From an uncultured Acidobacteriota bacterium (GTDB lineage Bacteria > Acidobacteriota > Thermoanaerobaculia > Multivoradales > UBA5704), in assembly GCA_963756455.1 (NCBI GenBank), contig CAVWNC010000004.1, positions 503,098 to 567,097 on the forward strand: a stretch of 64,000 bases of DNA, in the 5' to 3' direction. The translations under genes were made by a program, and so were the position numbers. Positions 26,400 to 38,167 of this stretch are shown here, in pieces (within the stretch, counting starts at the first letter, position 1; each line of letters opens with the position of its first letter). Under the pieces are notes generated by a model, which searched no databases, had not been told where the DNA came from, and saw only the letters and a program-made list of their open reading frames with translations.

Positions 26400-27509
26400 C
26401 TACGACCGGCTCCGGCGCTGCCGGATCATCCGGCCCCAGTGCTGGGAGCGCAGTCCCGCGACCTTGCGGATGCGCTCCTCGGCCACCCGGCCCGCCGCCT
26501 GGGAGGTGGGGATCGACTCCGAGCGCGAGATCTCGAAGACCCGCATCATGTTGAGGTAGATGCCGCGGGTCATCCGCATCGCCCGCTCGCGGTTGTAGCT
26601 CGTCATCAGCTCGTTGTAGACGTTGATGAGGCCGCCGGCGTTGATGACGAAGTCGGGAGCGTAGAGGATGCCCCGGTCGTGGAGGGCGCGGCCGTGCCGC
26701 TCCTCGTCGGCGAGCTGGTTGTTGGAGGCTCCGGCGACCACCTTGCAGGCCAGCTTGGGGATCGTCTCGTCGTTCAGGATCGCCCCCAGGGCGCAGGGGG
26801 CGACGATGTCGCAGGGGACCGCCAGGATCTCGCCCGGGGGGACGATCTCCACCCCCAGCTCCGCGCGCACCCGCTCCGTCGTCTCGCTGTCGATGTCGGC
26901 GGCGAAGATCTTCGCCCCCTCCTCTTTCAAGTAGGTCGCGAGATGGTAGCCGACGTTCCCCAGGCCCTGGATGGCGACCGAGCGGCCGGCGAGCGAGGCC
27001 TCGTCGAACTGCCAGCGCGCCGCCGCCTTGATCCCCTGGAGGACGCCGAAGGCGGTGACCGGCGAGGGGTCGCCGCCGCCGCCGTGGGCCGGAGCGACCC
27101 CGGTCACGGAGCGGGTTTCGGTCAGGATGACCTCCATGTCCTCCATGTCGGTCCCCACGTCCTCGGCCGTGATGTAGAGGCCGCCCAGCTCCTCGACGTA
27201 CTGGCCGAAGCAGCGGAAGAGGGCCTCGCTCTTGTCCTTTTTGGGGTCGCCGACGATGACCGCCTTGCCGCCGCCCAGGTTCAAGCCCGCCGCGGCCGCC
27301 TTGTAGGTCATCCCCCGCGACAGCCGGAGGACGTCGGTCAGGGCGTCGTCCATGCTCTGGTACGGCCACATGCGGACCCCGCCCAGGCCCGGGCCGAGGA
27401 CGGTCGAGTGGACCGCGATGATCGCCTGCAGGCCGACTTCCGGGTTGGAGCAGAAGAGGATCCGCTCGTGCCCCATGCCCGCCATCTGCTGGAAGAGCTC
27501 CATACTCAA
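26400..27509 (-). CDS. Glu/Leu/Phe/Val dehydrogenase family (leucine dehydrogenase-like)
   Basis: GLNLGGGKAVIVGDP (catalytic Lys region) and Rossmann GLGNVGYHLATYL. Confidence 0.7.
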   Translation of the reverse strand: MSMELFQQMAGMGHERILFCSNPEVGLQAIIAVHSTVLGPGLGGVRMWPYQSMDDALTDVLRLSRGMTYKAAAAGLNLGGGKAVIVGDPKKDKSEALFRCFGQYVEELGGLYITAEDVGTDMEDMEVILTETRSVTGVAPAHGGGGDPSPVTAFGVLQGIKAAARWQFDEASLAGRSVAIQGLGNVGYHLATYLKEEGAKIFAADIDSETTERVRAELGVEIVPPGEILAVPCDIVAPCALGAILNDETIPKLACKVVAGASNNQLADEERHGRALHDRGILYAPDFVINAGGLINVYNELMTSYNRERAMRMTRGIYLNMMRVFEISRSESIPTSQAAGRVAEERIRKVAGLRSQHWGRMIRQRRSRS

Positions 27510-27547
27510 TCCTTCTTTCGGAGAGACCCGACGTCAGTTAGGAACCG

Positions 27548-27577
27548 TGACGGCAATTGACGGCAATTGACGGCAAA
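27548..27577. promoter_or_regulatory. three tandem 10-bp direct repeats TGACGGCAAT in the divergent LeuDH / histidine-kinase intergenic region
   Basis: tgacggcaat tgacggcaat tgacggcaaa, each one helical turn apart, 38 bp from the LeuDH ATG. Confidence 0.45.
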
Positions 27578-27776
27578 AGGGCCGGGTCCGGCAGGAGGAC
27601 GACTCGGTCAGGATGGCGCGCACCCCGGGACCCGTTCTGGCGGCGGAAGTCTATCCGATGGCAGGAATGGGGACAACGCGGAAGGATCGGCCCTCCAGGT
27701 GGCGGCGGGGCCTGACTAAGTGTATGCTTAGATATTATCCTCGTAGTCAGTACCAAGCCGGGGGTGGAGGCCGTGC

Positions 27777-29968
<2,192 letters not shown>

Positions 29969-29972
<4 letters not shown>

Positions 29973-30862
29973 GAATCCTCATCGCGGAAGACGATCCGGT
30001 GTCCCGGACGCGGCTCGCGCACGCCCTCGTCGAGCTCGGACACCAGGTCGTGGCGGTGGCGGACGGCCTCGCGGCGAGCGGAGAGCTCCTGAAGCCCGAC
30101 GGTCCGCGGCTCGCGATCCTCGACTGGATGATGCCCGGGGCGGACGGCCTGGAGGTGTGCCGCGCCGTCCGTGCGCGCGCCGGACACTACGTCTACGTCC
30201 TCCTGCTCTCCGCCCGGCACGGCCAGGAGGACGTCGTCACCGGCCTCAACGCGGAGGCGGACGACTTTCTGAGCAAGCCGTTCGACGTCTCGGAGCTCGC
30301 CGCCCGGCTGCGCTCCGGCGAGCGCGTGCTCGAATTGCAGGAGGGCCTGCTCCGCGCGCAGGAGGAGCTCCGAGCGCAGGCCACGCACGATCATTTAACC
30401 GGTCTGTGGAATCGCGCCATGATCCTCGATCAACTGGCGCGGGAGCTCAGCCGTGCCGAGCGGACGAAGAGCCGCCTCGCCGTGGCCCTGGCCGACCTCG
30501 ACCACTTCAAGAGCATCAACGACACCTACGGGCATGCCGTGGGGGACGACGTGCTCCGCCACGCCGGCCAGCGGATCACCTCCCAGCTGCGCAAGTGTGA
30601 CTACGTGGGCCGCTATGGAGGCGAGGAATTCCTCCTCGTCCTCCCGGGCTGCGACCTGGACGGCGCGGCGGAGGTCGCCGAGCGGATCCGCGCCAACCTG
30701 GCGGCGGAGCCCCTCCGTTCCGGCGCGGCGCTGCTGCCGGTGCGCGCCAGCCTGGGCATCGCGGCCTGGTGGCCCACGGTGACCGCTCCGCTGCTGATCA
30801 AGGCGGCCGACGATGCGCTCTACCGGGCCAAGGCGCTCGGCCGCAACCGCGTGGAGGTCTAG
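29969..30862 (+). CDS. response regulator with a GGDEF diguanylate cyclase output (REC-GGDEF)
   Basis: Start overlaps the kinase stop (ATGA). MRILIAEDD...[13 protein letters not shown] receiver. [11 protein letters not shown] is an intact GGEEF site. Confidence 0.8.
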
Positions 30863-30865
30863 GTC

Positions 30866-31837
30866 GTGGAGCCGGCGAGCGGCGCCGCGCTGCGCTGTTT
30901 TTTGGTACTGGCCTTGACCGCCCTGGCCGCTCTCGCCATGGGGGATCGCCTGGCGGCCGAGGAAGCGGCGGCGGAGGCGCCGCGCCTGCGCGACCAGATC
31001 AAAGAGGGCCTGGCGGGTTCCTTCGCCCTGCCCTGGCACCAGCTGCTGGAAAAGGAGAGCGAGTCGGAGTGGAGGAACCTGCTGACCGGTTTCAGTGGCT
31101 CGTTCGCCTTCAGCTATCCCCTCAAGGTTTCGTCGCCGCAGGCGAAAAGCGGCGCCGGGAGCGAGGGCGACCGCGCGCTACACTCGGAAGTCTTGACCGC
31201 CACCGTGACCTACCAGCCGCTCGGCGCGTGGTTCGCGAGCCTCACCGCCTACCGCTACCTGGAAGCCGGCCTCCAGGCACCGTGGAACCCCGATTTCACC
31301 TATGTCTTCGGCTACGACGACTGGCACCCCTACTCCCTGAGCTTCACGTACTCGAACTACGGCGGCAACCGCTGGTCCCCGGACGTCGCCGCCGGCGAGC
31401 GCCGGACGCAGTTCCGCCAAGGGGGTTGGTCGCTCGGTTGGAAATTCGCCCTGCCGCCTCCGGTCGAGAGATTTCTCCTCAATCCGGAAGGGAGCCTGGG
31501 CTGTGGGACGAACGTCAATCTCTCGCCCGATTACACGGATCTCGCTTCGGGCGGCCTGCTCCACAACAAGACGACGCTCAGCGTGGGCTGCAAGTACGCC
31601 CCCTTCGGCTGGTGGTACGTGAACGTCAAGGCGAACTACTATCCCCATCCGGCGCAGCAGCAGCCCTGGGATCCGGACTTCACCTACGGCTTCGGGTACT
31701 TCGATTGGCATCCCGGGACGGTCTCGGTCCAGTACAACAACTACTCCGGCAACCGCTACCCGGGGCGCAAGCCGGGGGTGGGAACCGGCCGCTTCGAGGA
31801 CGGCAGCCTGACCGTTTCCTACTCGTGGGCGCCCTGA
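30866..31837 (+). CDS. secreted hypothetical protein, possibly an outer-membrane beta-barrel (GTG start)
   Basis: Signal peptide LRCFLVLALTALAALA. Alternating aromatic/polar beta-strand composition with many Y/W-x-N-Y motifs. Confidence 0.45.
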   Translation: MEPASGAALRCFLVLALTALAALAMGDRLAAEEAAAEAPRLRDQIKEGLAGSFALPWHQLLEKESESEWRNLLTGFSGSFAFSYPLKVSSPQAKSGAGSEGDRALHSEVLTATVTYQPLGAWFASLTAYRYLEAGLQAPWNPDFTYVFGYDDWHPYSLSFTYSNYGGNRWSPDVAAGERRTQFRQGGWSLGWKFALPPPVERFLLNPEGSLGCGTNVNLSPDYTDLASGGLLHNKTTLSVGCKYAPFGWWYVNVKANYYPHPAQQQPWDPDFTYGFGYFDWHPGTVSVQYNNYSGNRYPGRKPGVGTGRFEDGSLTVSYSWAP

Positions 31838-31868
31838 GGTCGAGGGACTTATTTTTAGTTGAGCCTAT

Positions 31869-31898
31869 TTGACAATACCGGGCAATCTAAAGTATCAT
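31869..31898 (+). promoter_or_regulatory. sigma70-type promoter candidate for the STAS gene
   Basis: TTGACA (31869-74), an 18-nt spacer, then TATCAT (31893-98), in a low-GC intergenic patch about 100 bp upstream of ATG 32002. Confidence 0.45.
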
Positions 31899-32001
31899 CC
31901 AGATAGTTCACCGGCACATCATCGGCAGTCCAAAGAGCCCACGAGGGCTCGTCATGCACGGCAGAAGCGCCCGGCAGAAATGCGGGCAGGGGGAGAGTCG
32001 T

Positions 32002-32352
32002 ATGCAGATCGAGGAGAGCAGGGAGGGAGAGGTCGTCATCGTCGAGCCCAGGGTGGCTCGCTTGGACGCCCAGCAGGCGATCGGTTTCAAAGAGGGCCTG
32101 CTCCGATTGGTCGAGGGCGGCGATCGCCAGCTCATCCTCGACCTCAACTACGTGGAGTTCATGGACAGCAGCGGCCTCGGTGCCGTGGTGGCGATTTTGA
32201 AGCGCCTGGGCTTCCATGGCGTGCTGGTGATCTGCAATGCCCACCAGGCGGTGTCCGAGCTCTTCCGGCTGACCCGCATGGACAAGGTGATCCAGCTGGT
32301 CGGGACCCGGGCGGACGCCCTCACTCTGGCCCACGCCGAGAGCCTGAGTTGA
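32002..32352 (+). CDS. STAS-domain anti-sigma-factor-antagonist-like protein (SpoIIAA family)
   Basis: LILDLNYVEFMDSSGLGAVVAILKRL has a conserved Ser in the DSSG motif. 116 aa. Confidence 0.7.
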   Translation: MQIEESREGEVVIVEPRVARLDAQQAIGFKEGLLRLVEGGDRQLILDLNYVEFMDSSGLGAVVAILKRLGFHGVLVICNAHQAVSELFRLTRMDKVIQLVGTRADALTLAHAESLS

Positions 32353-32394
32353 TTCGCGCTTCCCATTGTCGCCCTAGGACCCGGTACCAGGCCG

Positions 32395-34677
32395 ATGGAA
32401 ATGCGAGCGCAGCGCCTCAGGTGGGGGCTCGGGGTCAGCCTTTGGATCGGCGGGATCGGCGGGATTGGCGGGATGGTCTCTGCCCAGCCGGCGGCTTTGC
32501 CGATCGCGGCAAAGCCGCCGGAAACGCCGTGGCCTCTCGTGCTGTCGCTCGACGGCCTGTGGAAGGCTCTGCCGGGTAACCTCGCGCCCGCCGATCTGTA
32601 CGCGCCGGCGGTCGACGACTCGGCCTGGGCGGATCTCAAGGTTCCCGCGAATTGGTTTCTGGAGGGTTTAAACGTCGGCGGCACCGTCTGGTATCGGCGC
32701 CGCTTCGAGGCACCGTCGTCGTCGGCCGGAACCGTGGCGAGCCTGGAGTTTGCGGGGGTCGACTACACGGCGGACGTCTGGCTCAACGGCATCTACCTCG
32801 GCCACCACGAAGGCTACTTCGCGCCTTTCTCTTTCGTCGTCGGGAACGCCGTGAAACCCGGCGCCTCGAACCTTCTCGCCGTCCGGGTCGACAGCCCCTA
32901 TGAGACACCGGAGGCCTGGTCGCTCCACAAACGCCTGATCAAAGGGGTTTTCTCCCACCACGATACGCGTCCGGGAGGGGCCTGGTCGCCGCGTGGGCAG
33001 GACGGCAACACCGGCGGCATCTGGGCCTCCGTCACCTTGCGGCTGACCTCGCGGCTCCGGCTCCTGGAGTTGCGCGTCCGGCCCGAGGTCGATCCGGCGA
33101 CGGGAATCGCGGCGCCGCGGGTGGAGCTCACCGTCGATCTCGCCGGGCCGCCCGATCAGATGGCGGATTTTGCGGTCGTCTTGGCGCCGGACAATTTCGC
33201 CGGCCGGGCGAGCGAATCCCTCCGCTTCTCTCGTCCGCTCAAAGCCGGTCCCAACGAAGTCGTCCTGCTCCTGCCGCCGCGGGCGGTCGAGCTGTGGTGG
33301 CCCTGGGAGCAGGGCGAGCCCCGCCTCTACCGGTTGGCGGTCACGGCGAGTCTCGGGGGTCAGATCAGAGACCGCAGAGAGACGGTCCTCGGCTTTCGCA
33401 CCGTCGCCCAGGAGAGCTCGGGAACCTGGCGCATCAACGGCCGGCGCACTTTTCTCCGCGGCACCAACTACATCTCCACCCAGTGGCTGAGCGAGATGAC
33501 GCCGCAGCGCTTCGCCTTCGACGTGGGGCTCATGAAGGCCGCCAACGTCAACGTCGTTCGCGTCCACGCGCACGTCGAGCCGGAGGCGTTCTATCGCGCC
33601 TGCGACGAGGCCGGCCTCCTCGTCTGGCAGGACTTTCCCCTGCAATGGGGATACACCGACGAACCGGCCTTCGCGGCCGAGGCGGAGCGCCAGGCGGTGG
33701 CGATGGTCGACCTCCTCTTCGATCATCCCGCGGTCGTCGTCTGGAGCCTCCACAACGAGCCCCCCTGGGATGCGGATTGGATGCGCTACCGCTACCCCGA
33801 CTACGATCCGGAGCAGAACCGGGCGCTCGACTTGAAGCTCCACGACACGGTCGCGGCGCGCGATCCGTCGCGGGTGACCCACCTCGCTTCGAGTACGACG
33901 GAGCACCCCTGGTACGGCTGGTATTCGGGCTCCTGGCTCGACTACGGAAAGCCGGCCAAGGTGCCGCTCATCACCGAATTCGGCGCCCAGGCACTCCCCG
34001 GGCTCTCTGCGCTCCGCCGTTTTCTCGCCGAGGACGAGCTGTGGCCGGAGACCGACGCGGCGTGGGCGGTCTGGGAGTACCACAACTTCCAGCGCAAGGA
34101 GACCTTCGAGAACGCCGGGGTAGAGAAGGGCGCTTCGATCGACGAGCTGATCGCCAACACTCAAGGCTACCAGGCGCGCCTGATCCAGCTGGCGGCGGAG
34201 AGCTATCGAAGGCAACGCTATGCGCCGGTTACGGGGATCTTTCAATTCATGTTCGTCGAGAGCTGGCCGTCCATGAGCTGGGGCCTCCTCGATACCTGGC
34301 GGCAGCCGAAGGCGGGCTACCAGGCGCTCCGCGACGCCTACCAGCCGGTGATGCCGAGCGTCGAGTGGCAGCGCCTGCGCTTCAAACCGGGAGAGGAGGT
34401 GGCGTTGGGGCTCTGGGTCGTCAACGACCTCCAGACCGCTTTTCCCGGTGCCGCTCTGCGCTGGATTCTGCGGCGCGACGGCGCGGCCGTCGACAGCGGC
34501 GATGCGCCGCTCGACGTCGCCCCCGACAGCGGCCGGCGGGTTTTGACGCTTCTCCGGAAGGATCTGCCGGTCGGCCACTACGAGCTGGCGGTGCGGCTTT
34601 CCGGACGGGATGGCAAGATGCTGGGCCGCAGCGAGCACACCTTCGAGGTCGCCTCCGGGAGCAGCGATGCGCATTGA
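32395..34677 (+). CDS. secreted glycoside hydrolase family 2-like protein
   Basis: Signal peptide with an IGGIGGIGG repeat. GH2 sugar-binding region WYRRRF...LEFAGVDYTADVWLNGIYLGHHEGYFAPFSF. TIM-barrel region NVVRVHAHVEPEAFYRACDEAGLLVWQDF. Confidence 0.6.
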   Translation: MEMRAQRLRWGLGVSLWIGGIGGIGGMVSAQPAALPIAAKPPETPWPLVLSLDGLWKALPGNLAPADLYAPAVDDSAWADLKVPANWFLEGLNVGGTVWYRRRFEAPSSSAGTVASLEFAGVDYTADVWLNGIYLGHHEGYFAPFSFVVGNAVKPGASNLLAVRVDSPYETPEAWSLHKRLIKGVFSHHDTRPGGAWSPRGQDGNTGGIWASVTLRLTSRLRLLELRVRPEVDPATGIAAPRVELTVDLAGPPDQMADFAVVLAPDNFAGRASESLRFSRPLKAGPNEVVLLLPPRAVELWWPWEQGEPRLYRLAVTASLGGQIRDRRETVLGFRTVAQESSGTWRINGRRTFLRGTNYISTQWLSEMTPQRFAFDVGLMKAANVNVVRVHAHVEPEAFYRACDEAGLLVWQDFPLQWGYTDEPAFAAEAERQAVAMVDLLFDHPAVVVWSLHNEPPWDADWMRYRYPDYDPEQNRALDLKLHDTVAARDPSRVTHLASSTTEHPWYGWYSGSWLDYGKPAKVPLITEFGAQALPGLSALRRFLAEDELWPETDAAWAVWEYHNFQRKETFENAGVEKGASIDELIANTQGYQARLIQLAAESYRRQRYAPVTGIFQFMFVESWPSMSWGLLDTWRQPKAGYQALRDAYQPVMPSVEWQRLRFKPGEEVALGLWVVNDLQTAFPGAALRWILRRDGAAVDSGDAPLDVAPDSGRRVLTLLRKDLPVGHYELAVRLSGRDGKMLGRSEHTFEVASGSSDAH

Positions 34678-36367
34678 GCCGGCGCTCGCCGTTTTCGGCC
34701 TTCTCGGCCTGTTCGCCGTCCGCGGCAACCAGGTGGGGTATCTGCCGGGCTGGCCGAAGGTGGCCCTGCTGCAAAGCGGTGCGCTGACGATGACCTCGGC
34801 GGAGCTGCGGGAGACCGAAGGCGGCCGCGTCGTCTGGCGGGGCCGCGCCCGGCCGCTCGCTCGCCGGGGATCTGCCGGAGCGGGTTGGGCGACGGTCGAC
34901 TGGAGCGCGGTGCGGACCGCGGGCAGCTACGTCCTCTCGGTCGATGGGGTCGTCTCGCCCCCCTTCCAGGTGGGAGCGACGGTCTACGATCTTCCCTTGC
35001 GCTCGCTGCTGCGTTCCTACTTCCTCCAGCGCTGTGGGGTCGCCCTGGACGACGCCGAGACCGGCCTCAAGCACGGGCCCTGCCATACCGACGACGGGGT
35101 GACCGTCCGCGCCGATATCGACGGACCGGCCGGGCGCCGGCAGGCGGCGGCGGGCGGCTGGCACGACGCGGGGGACTATGGCAAGTACGTGGCGACCGGC
35201 ACTGTGGCGGTGGCGGAGCTCCTCTCGGCCTATGCGGCCTGCCCCGCCCTCTTCCCCGACGGCCAGCTCGGCATCCCCGAGAGCGGCAACGGGCGCTCGG
35301 ACCTGCTCGACGAGGTCACCGTCGAGCTTTTGTGGCTCCTCCGCATGCAGCGCGCGGACGGGGCGGCCTACAGCAAGCTTTCGGGAGCGCGGTGGCCCGA
35401 CCTCGTGCCGCCCGACGCCGACCTCCAGCCGCGCTACCTCTACGGTGTCTCGAGCGCCGAAACCGCCAAGCTCGCCGCGGCTTTCGCCTTCGCGGCGCGC
35501 GTCTTCGCGCCCTTCGATCGACCGGCCGCGGAGCGCTATCTGGAAGCGGCGAAGAAAGCCTGGAGCTATCTGGAGGACCACCCCGGCCAGTTTTTGGATT
35601 GGCGGGCCGAGGACGACTCCGGGTCGGGCAAGTACCGCGCTTCGGACATCGATCGCGAAGCGACGCTTCGGACCGATGAGGCCGATCGCTTCTGGGCGGC
35701 GGCGGAGCTCCTGCTGACGACGGGCGAGCCGCGCTTCGCGCGCTATGTCGACCGCCACGCCGCCGCCTTACCCTACACGCTCTTCGAATGGAAGAATCCC
35801 GCGCCGCTCGCCATGGTGCATCTGCTGACGGCGAAGGCGACGGGCCGGCCGGGCCGGGCCACGCGGGCTCTCCTGCGCAAGAAACTCCTGGCGCGCGCCG
35901 CCGCGATCCTCACCGTCGCGCGGCGCGATCCCTTCGGCCTCGCCAACGACCGCTTCATCTGGGGCTCCAACAAGATGGCGGCGGAGGACGGCATCACCCT
36001 CTGGTGGGCCTGGCGGGCGACCGGTCGCGCCGAGCTGCGGGCCCGGGCGCTCGACCAGCTGCACTACCTTCTCGGCCGCAACGCGCTCGGCAAAAGCTTC
36101 GTCACCGGCGTGGGCGCCGATCCGGTGCGGCAGGTGAGCCATATCTTCGCCCGCGCGGTGAAGCTCGACGTTCCCGGGCTTCTGGTGGGCGGCCCCAACG
36201 AGCTCGAACAGTCGGGGATCGCTCCCCGCGGCCAGGGATCTCTGAGCTACGCAGACGATGCGCGCTCCTACGCCACGAACGAGTCGGCGATCGACTACAA
36301 CTCCGCTCTCGTCGGGCTTCTCACCTTCGCTCTCGCCGAGCCGCTCGGCGACCGGTGCCGACCATGA
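34667..36367 (+). CDS. glycoside hydrolase family 9 endoglucanase-like protein
   Basis: Start overlaps the GH2 stop. GGWHDAGDYGKY is the GH9 signature. (alpha/alpha)6-type composition with an N-terminal Ig-like domain. Confidence 0.65.
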   Translation: MRIEPALAVFGLLGLFAVRGNQVGYLPGWPKVALLQSGALTMTSAELRETEGGRVVWRGRARPLARRGSAGAGWATVDWSAVRTAGSYVLSVDGVVSPPFQVGATVYDLPLRSLLRSYFLQRCGVALDDAETGLKHGPCHTDDGVTVRADIDGPAGRRQAAAGGWHDAGDYGKYVATGTVAVAELLSAYAACPALFPDGQLGIPESGNGRSDLLDEVTVELLWLLRMQRADGAAYSKLSGARWPDLVPPDADLQPRYLYGVSSAETAKLAAAFAFAARVFAPFDRPAAERYLEAAKKAWSYLEDHPGQFLDWRAEDDSGSGKYRASDIDREATLRTDEADRFWAAAELLLTTGEPRFARYVDRHAAALPYTLFEWKNPAPLAMVHLLTAKATGRPGRATRALLRKKLLARAAAILTVARRDPFGLANDRFIWGSNKMAAEDGITLWWAWRATGRAELRARALDQLHYLLGRNALGKSFVTGVGADPVRQVSHIFARAVKLDVPGLLVGGPNELEQSGIAPRGQGSLSYADDARSYATNESAIDYNSALVGLLTFALAEPLGDRCRP

Positions 36368-38154
36368 GCTTCTATTTCGATCGCTTCGAGGATCGCCGCC
36401 CGCCCGCGCCGTTACCTTATTCGGCGGCCCGGGAGCTCCTCTGGCAGTTCCTCGCGGCCTTGAGCCTCGGGCTCGGCGCCTGGTACATCGCCTGGCGTTG
36501 GGGCGGGTCGCTCAACCGCCAGGCGCTGTGGTTCGCCATCCCTCTGGTGCTGGCGGAAACCTGTGCCTATATCGGCATGGTCCTCTTCACCTTCAACCTC
36601 TGGCGCGACACGCCGCCGTCGATCCCCGAGCCGCCGCGCCGGATCGCCGAGTGCGTGGCCGCCGCCGTGGCGGAGGACCGGCCGCTCCGGGTGGACGTCT
36701 TTTTCCCCACCTACAACGAGGAGCTCGACCTCGTCCGGCTGAGCGTCGAGGACGCCAAGCGGCTCTCCTATCCCTATCCGATCGATATTCGCATCCACGT
36801 CCTCGACGACGGTCGCCGCGACGACATGCGGCAGCTCGCGGCGGAGCTCGGGGTCGGCTACATCACCCGCACGAGCAAGGCCGGCTTCAAGGCCGGCAAC
36901 CTGCGAAACGCCATGGAGCAGACCGACGGCGACTTCATCGTCATCTGCGATGCCGACACCCGGCCGTTCCCCACTCTCCTGGAGCACACGCTCGGCTACT
37001 TCCGCGATCCCGAGATGGCGTGGGTGCAGACGCCGCAGTGGTTCTTCGATCTCCCCGCGGGGAGCCGTCTGCCGGCGGCCTGGGGGCGCCGGCTGGGGGC
37101 CATCGGCCGTCTTCTCGGGCGGGGCGTCGAGGCCTGCATCGGGCCGGTGACGGTGGGCGCCGATCCCTTCGTCAACGATCCGCAGATGTTCTACGACGTC
37201 ATCCAGCGCCGTCGCGGTTGGGCCAACGCCACCTTCTGCTGCGGCGCGGGCTCCGTGCACCGCCGGGAGGCGGTGATGGAGGCGGCGGTGAAGGGTTGGG
37301 TGGCGCAGATCGACGACGAGGTTCGGCGGGTGAAGGAGAGCCTGGGGGAGGCAGACGTCCCTGGTGGCTTGGAAGCGGCGATGCGCCGCCAGGTCGCCCG
37401 CGACATCGAGCTCACGCCCTACAAGTTCCACGTTTCGGAGGACATCTACACCTCGATCGTCCTCCACGGCGACCGCGACCGGCACTGGAAGTCGGCGTTT
37501 CACCCCTATGTGCAATCGAAGATGCTGTCCCCTCAGGATCTGCAGACCTGGGCCATCCAGCGCTTCAAGTACGCCGGCGGCACCCTGGACATCTGCCTGC
37601 ACGACAACCCGGTCTTCCGGCGTGGTCTCGACTGGCGGCAGAAGGTGATGTACGCCTCGACTTTGTGGTCGTATTTCGGCGGCCTGTGGAACGTCGCCTT
37701 CCTCGCCTCGCCGGTGATCTTCCTGTTCACCGGCATCGCCCCGGTTGCGAGCTACTCGTTCGAGTTCTTCAAGCACGCGCTGCCGTTCCTGATCGCCAAT
37801 CAGCTCGCGACGATGGTGGGCACGTGGGGCGTCGAGAACCTGAAGGGCAAGGGCTCGTTCATCTCCTTTTTCTCGCTCAACCTGCGCGCCCTGTGGACGG
37901 TCGTGCGCGGCGAGACGATCAAGTTTCCGGTCACCCCCAAGGAGCGGCAGAGCGGTACGTTCTACCGCCTGGTGAAGCCGCAGATCGCCTTCATCGCCCT
38001 CACTCTCGCCGGTCTCCTCGTGCAGGCGCTGCGGCTTCTCTTCTGGCACCGGGGCGATCCCGGCGCCTACCTGACCAATCTTTTCTGGGGCTTGAACAAC
38101 GTCTACCTGCTGTCGGGCATCGTCCGCGCGGCGGGCTTTAAACCCGAGGAGTGA
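36364..38154 (+). CDS. membrane GT2 processive beta-glycan synthase (cellulose-synthase-like), lacking a PilZ domain
   Basis: Start overlaps the GH9 stop. TM helices flank a GT-A domain with VFFPTYNEE, VLDDGRRD, IVICDADT (DxD), TEDI-like VSEDIYTS and a Q-R-F-K-Y variant of QxxRW. Confidence 0.65.
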   Translation: MSFYFDRFEDRRPPAPLPYSAARELLWQFLAALSLGLGAWYIAWRWGGSLNRQALWFAIPLVLAETCAYIGMVLFTFNLWRDTPPSIPEPPRRIAECVAAAVAEDRPLRVDVFFPTYNEELDLVRLSVEDAKRLSYPYPIDIRIHVLDDGRRDDMRQLAAELGVGYITRTSKAGFKAGNLRNAMEQTDGDFIVICDADTRPFPTLLEHTLGYFRDPEMAWVQTPQWFFDLPAGSRLPAAWGRRLGAIGRLLGRGVEACIGPVTVGADPFVNDPQMFYDVIQRRRGWANATFCCGAGSVHRREAVMEAAVKGWVAQIDDEVRRVKESLGEADVPGGLEAAMRRQVARDIELTPYKFHVSEDIYTSIVLHGDRDRHWKSAFHPYVQSKMLSPQDLQTWAIQRFKYAGGTLDICLHDNPVFRRGLDWRQKVMYASTLWSYFGGLWNVAFLASPVIFLFTGIAPVASYSFEFFKHALPFLIANQLATMVGTWGVENLKGKGSFISFFSLNLRALWTVVRGETIKFPVTPKERQSGTFYRLVKPQIAFIALTLAGLLVQALRLLFWHRGDPGAYLTNLFWGLNNVYLLSGIVRAAGFKPEE

Positions 38155-38167
38155 AAGGAGCGGCGCC

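Noticed and set aside
25459-27369. 636-aa reverse ORF
   Set aside because: Only the distal about 308 codons (GT2 motifs) are real. The proximal part is antisense/out-of-frame to the Leu-dehydrogenase gene, which has clear Rossmann and catalytic-Lys motifs in its own frame.
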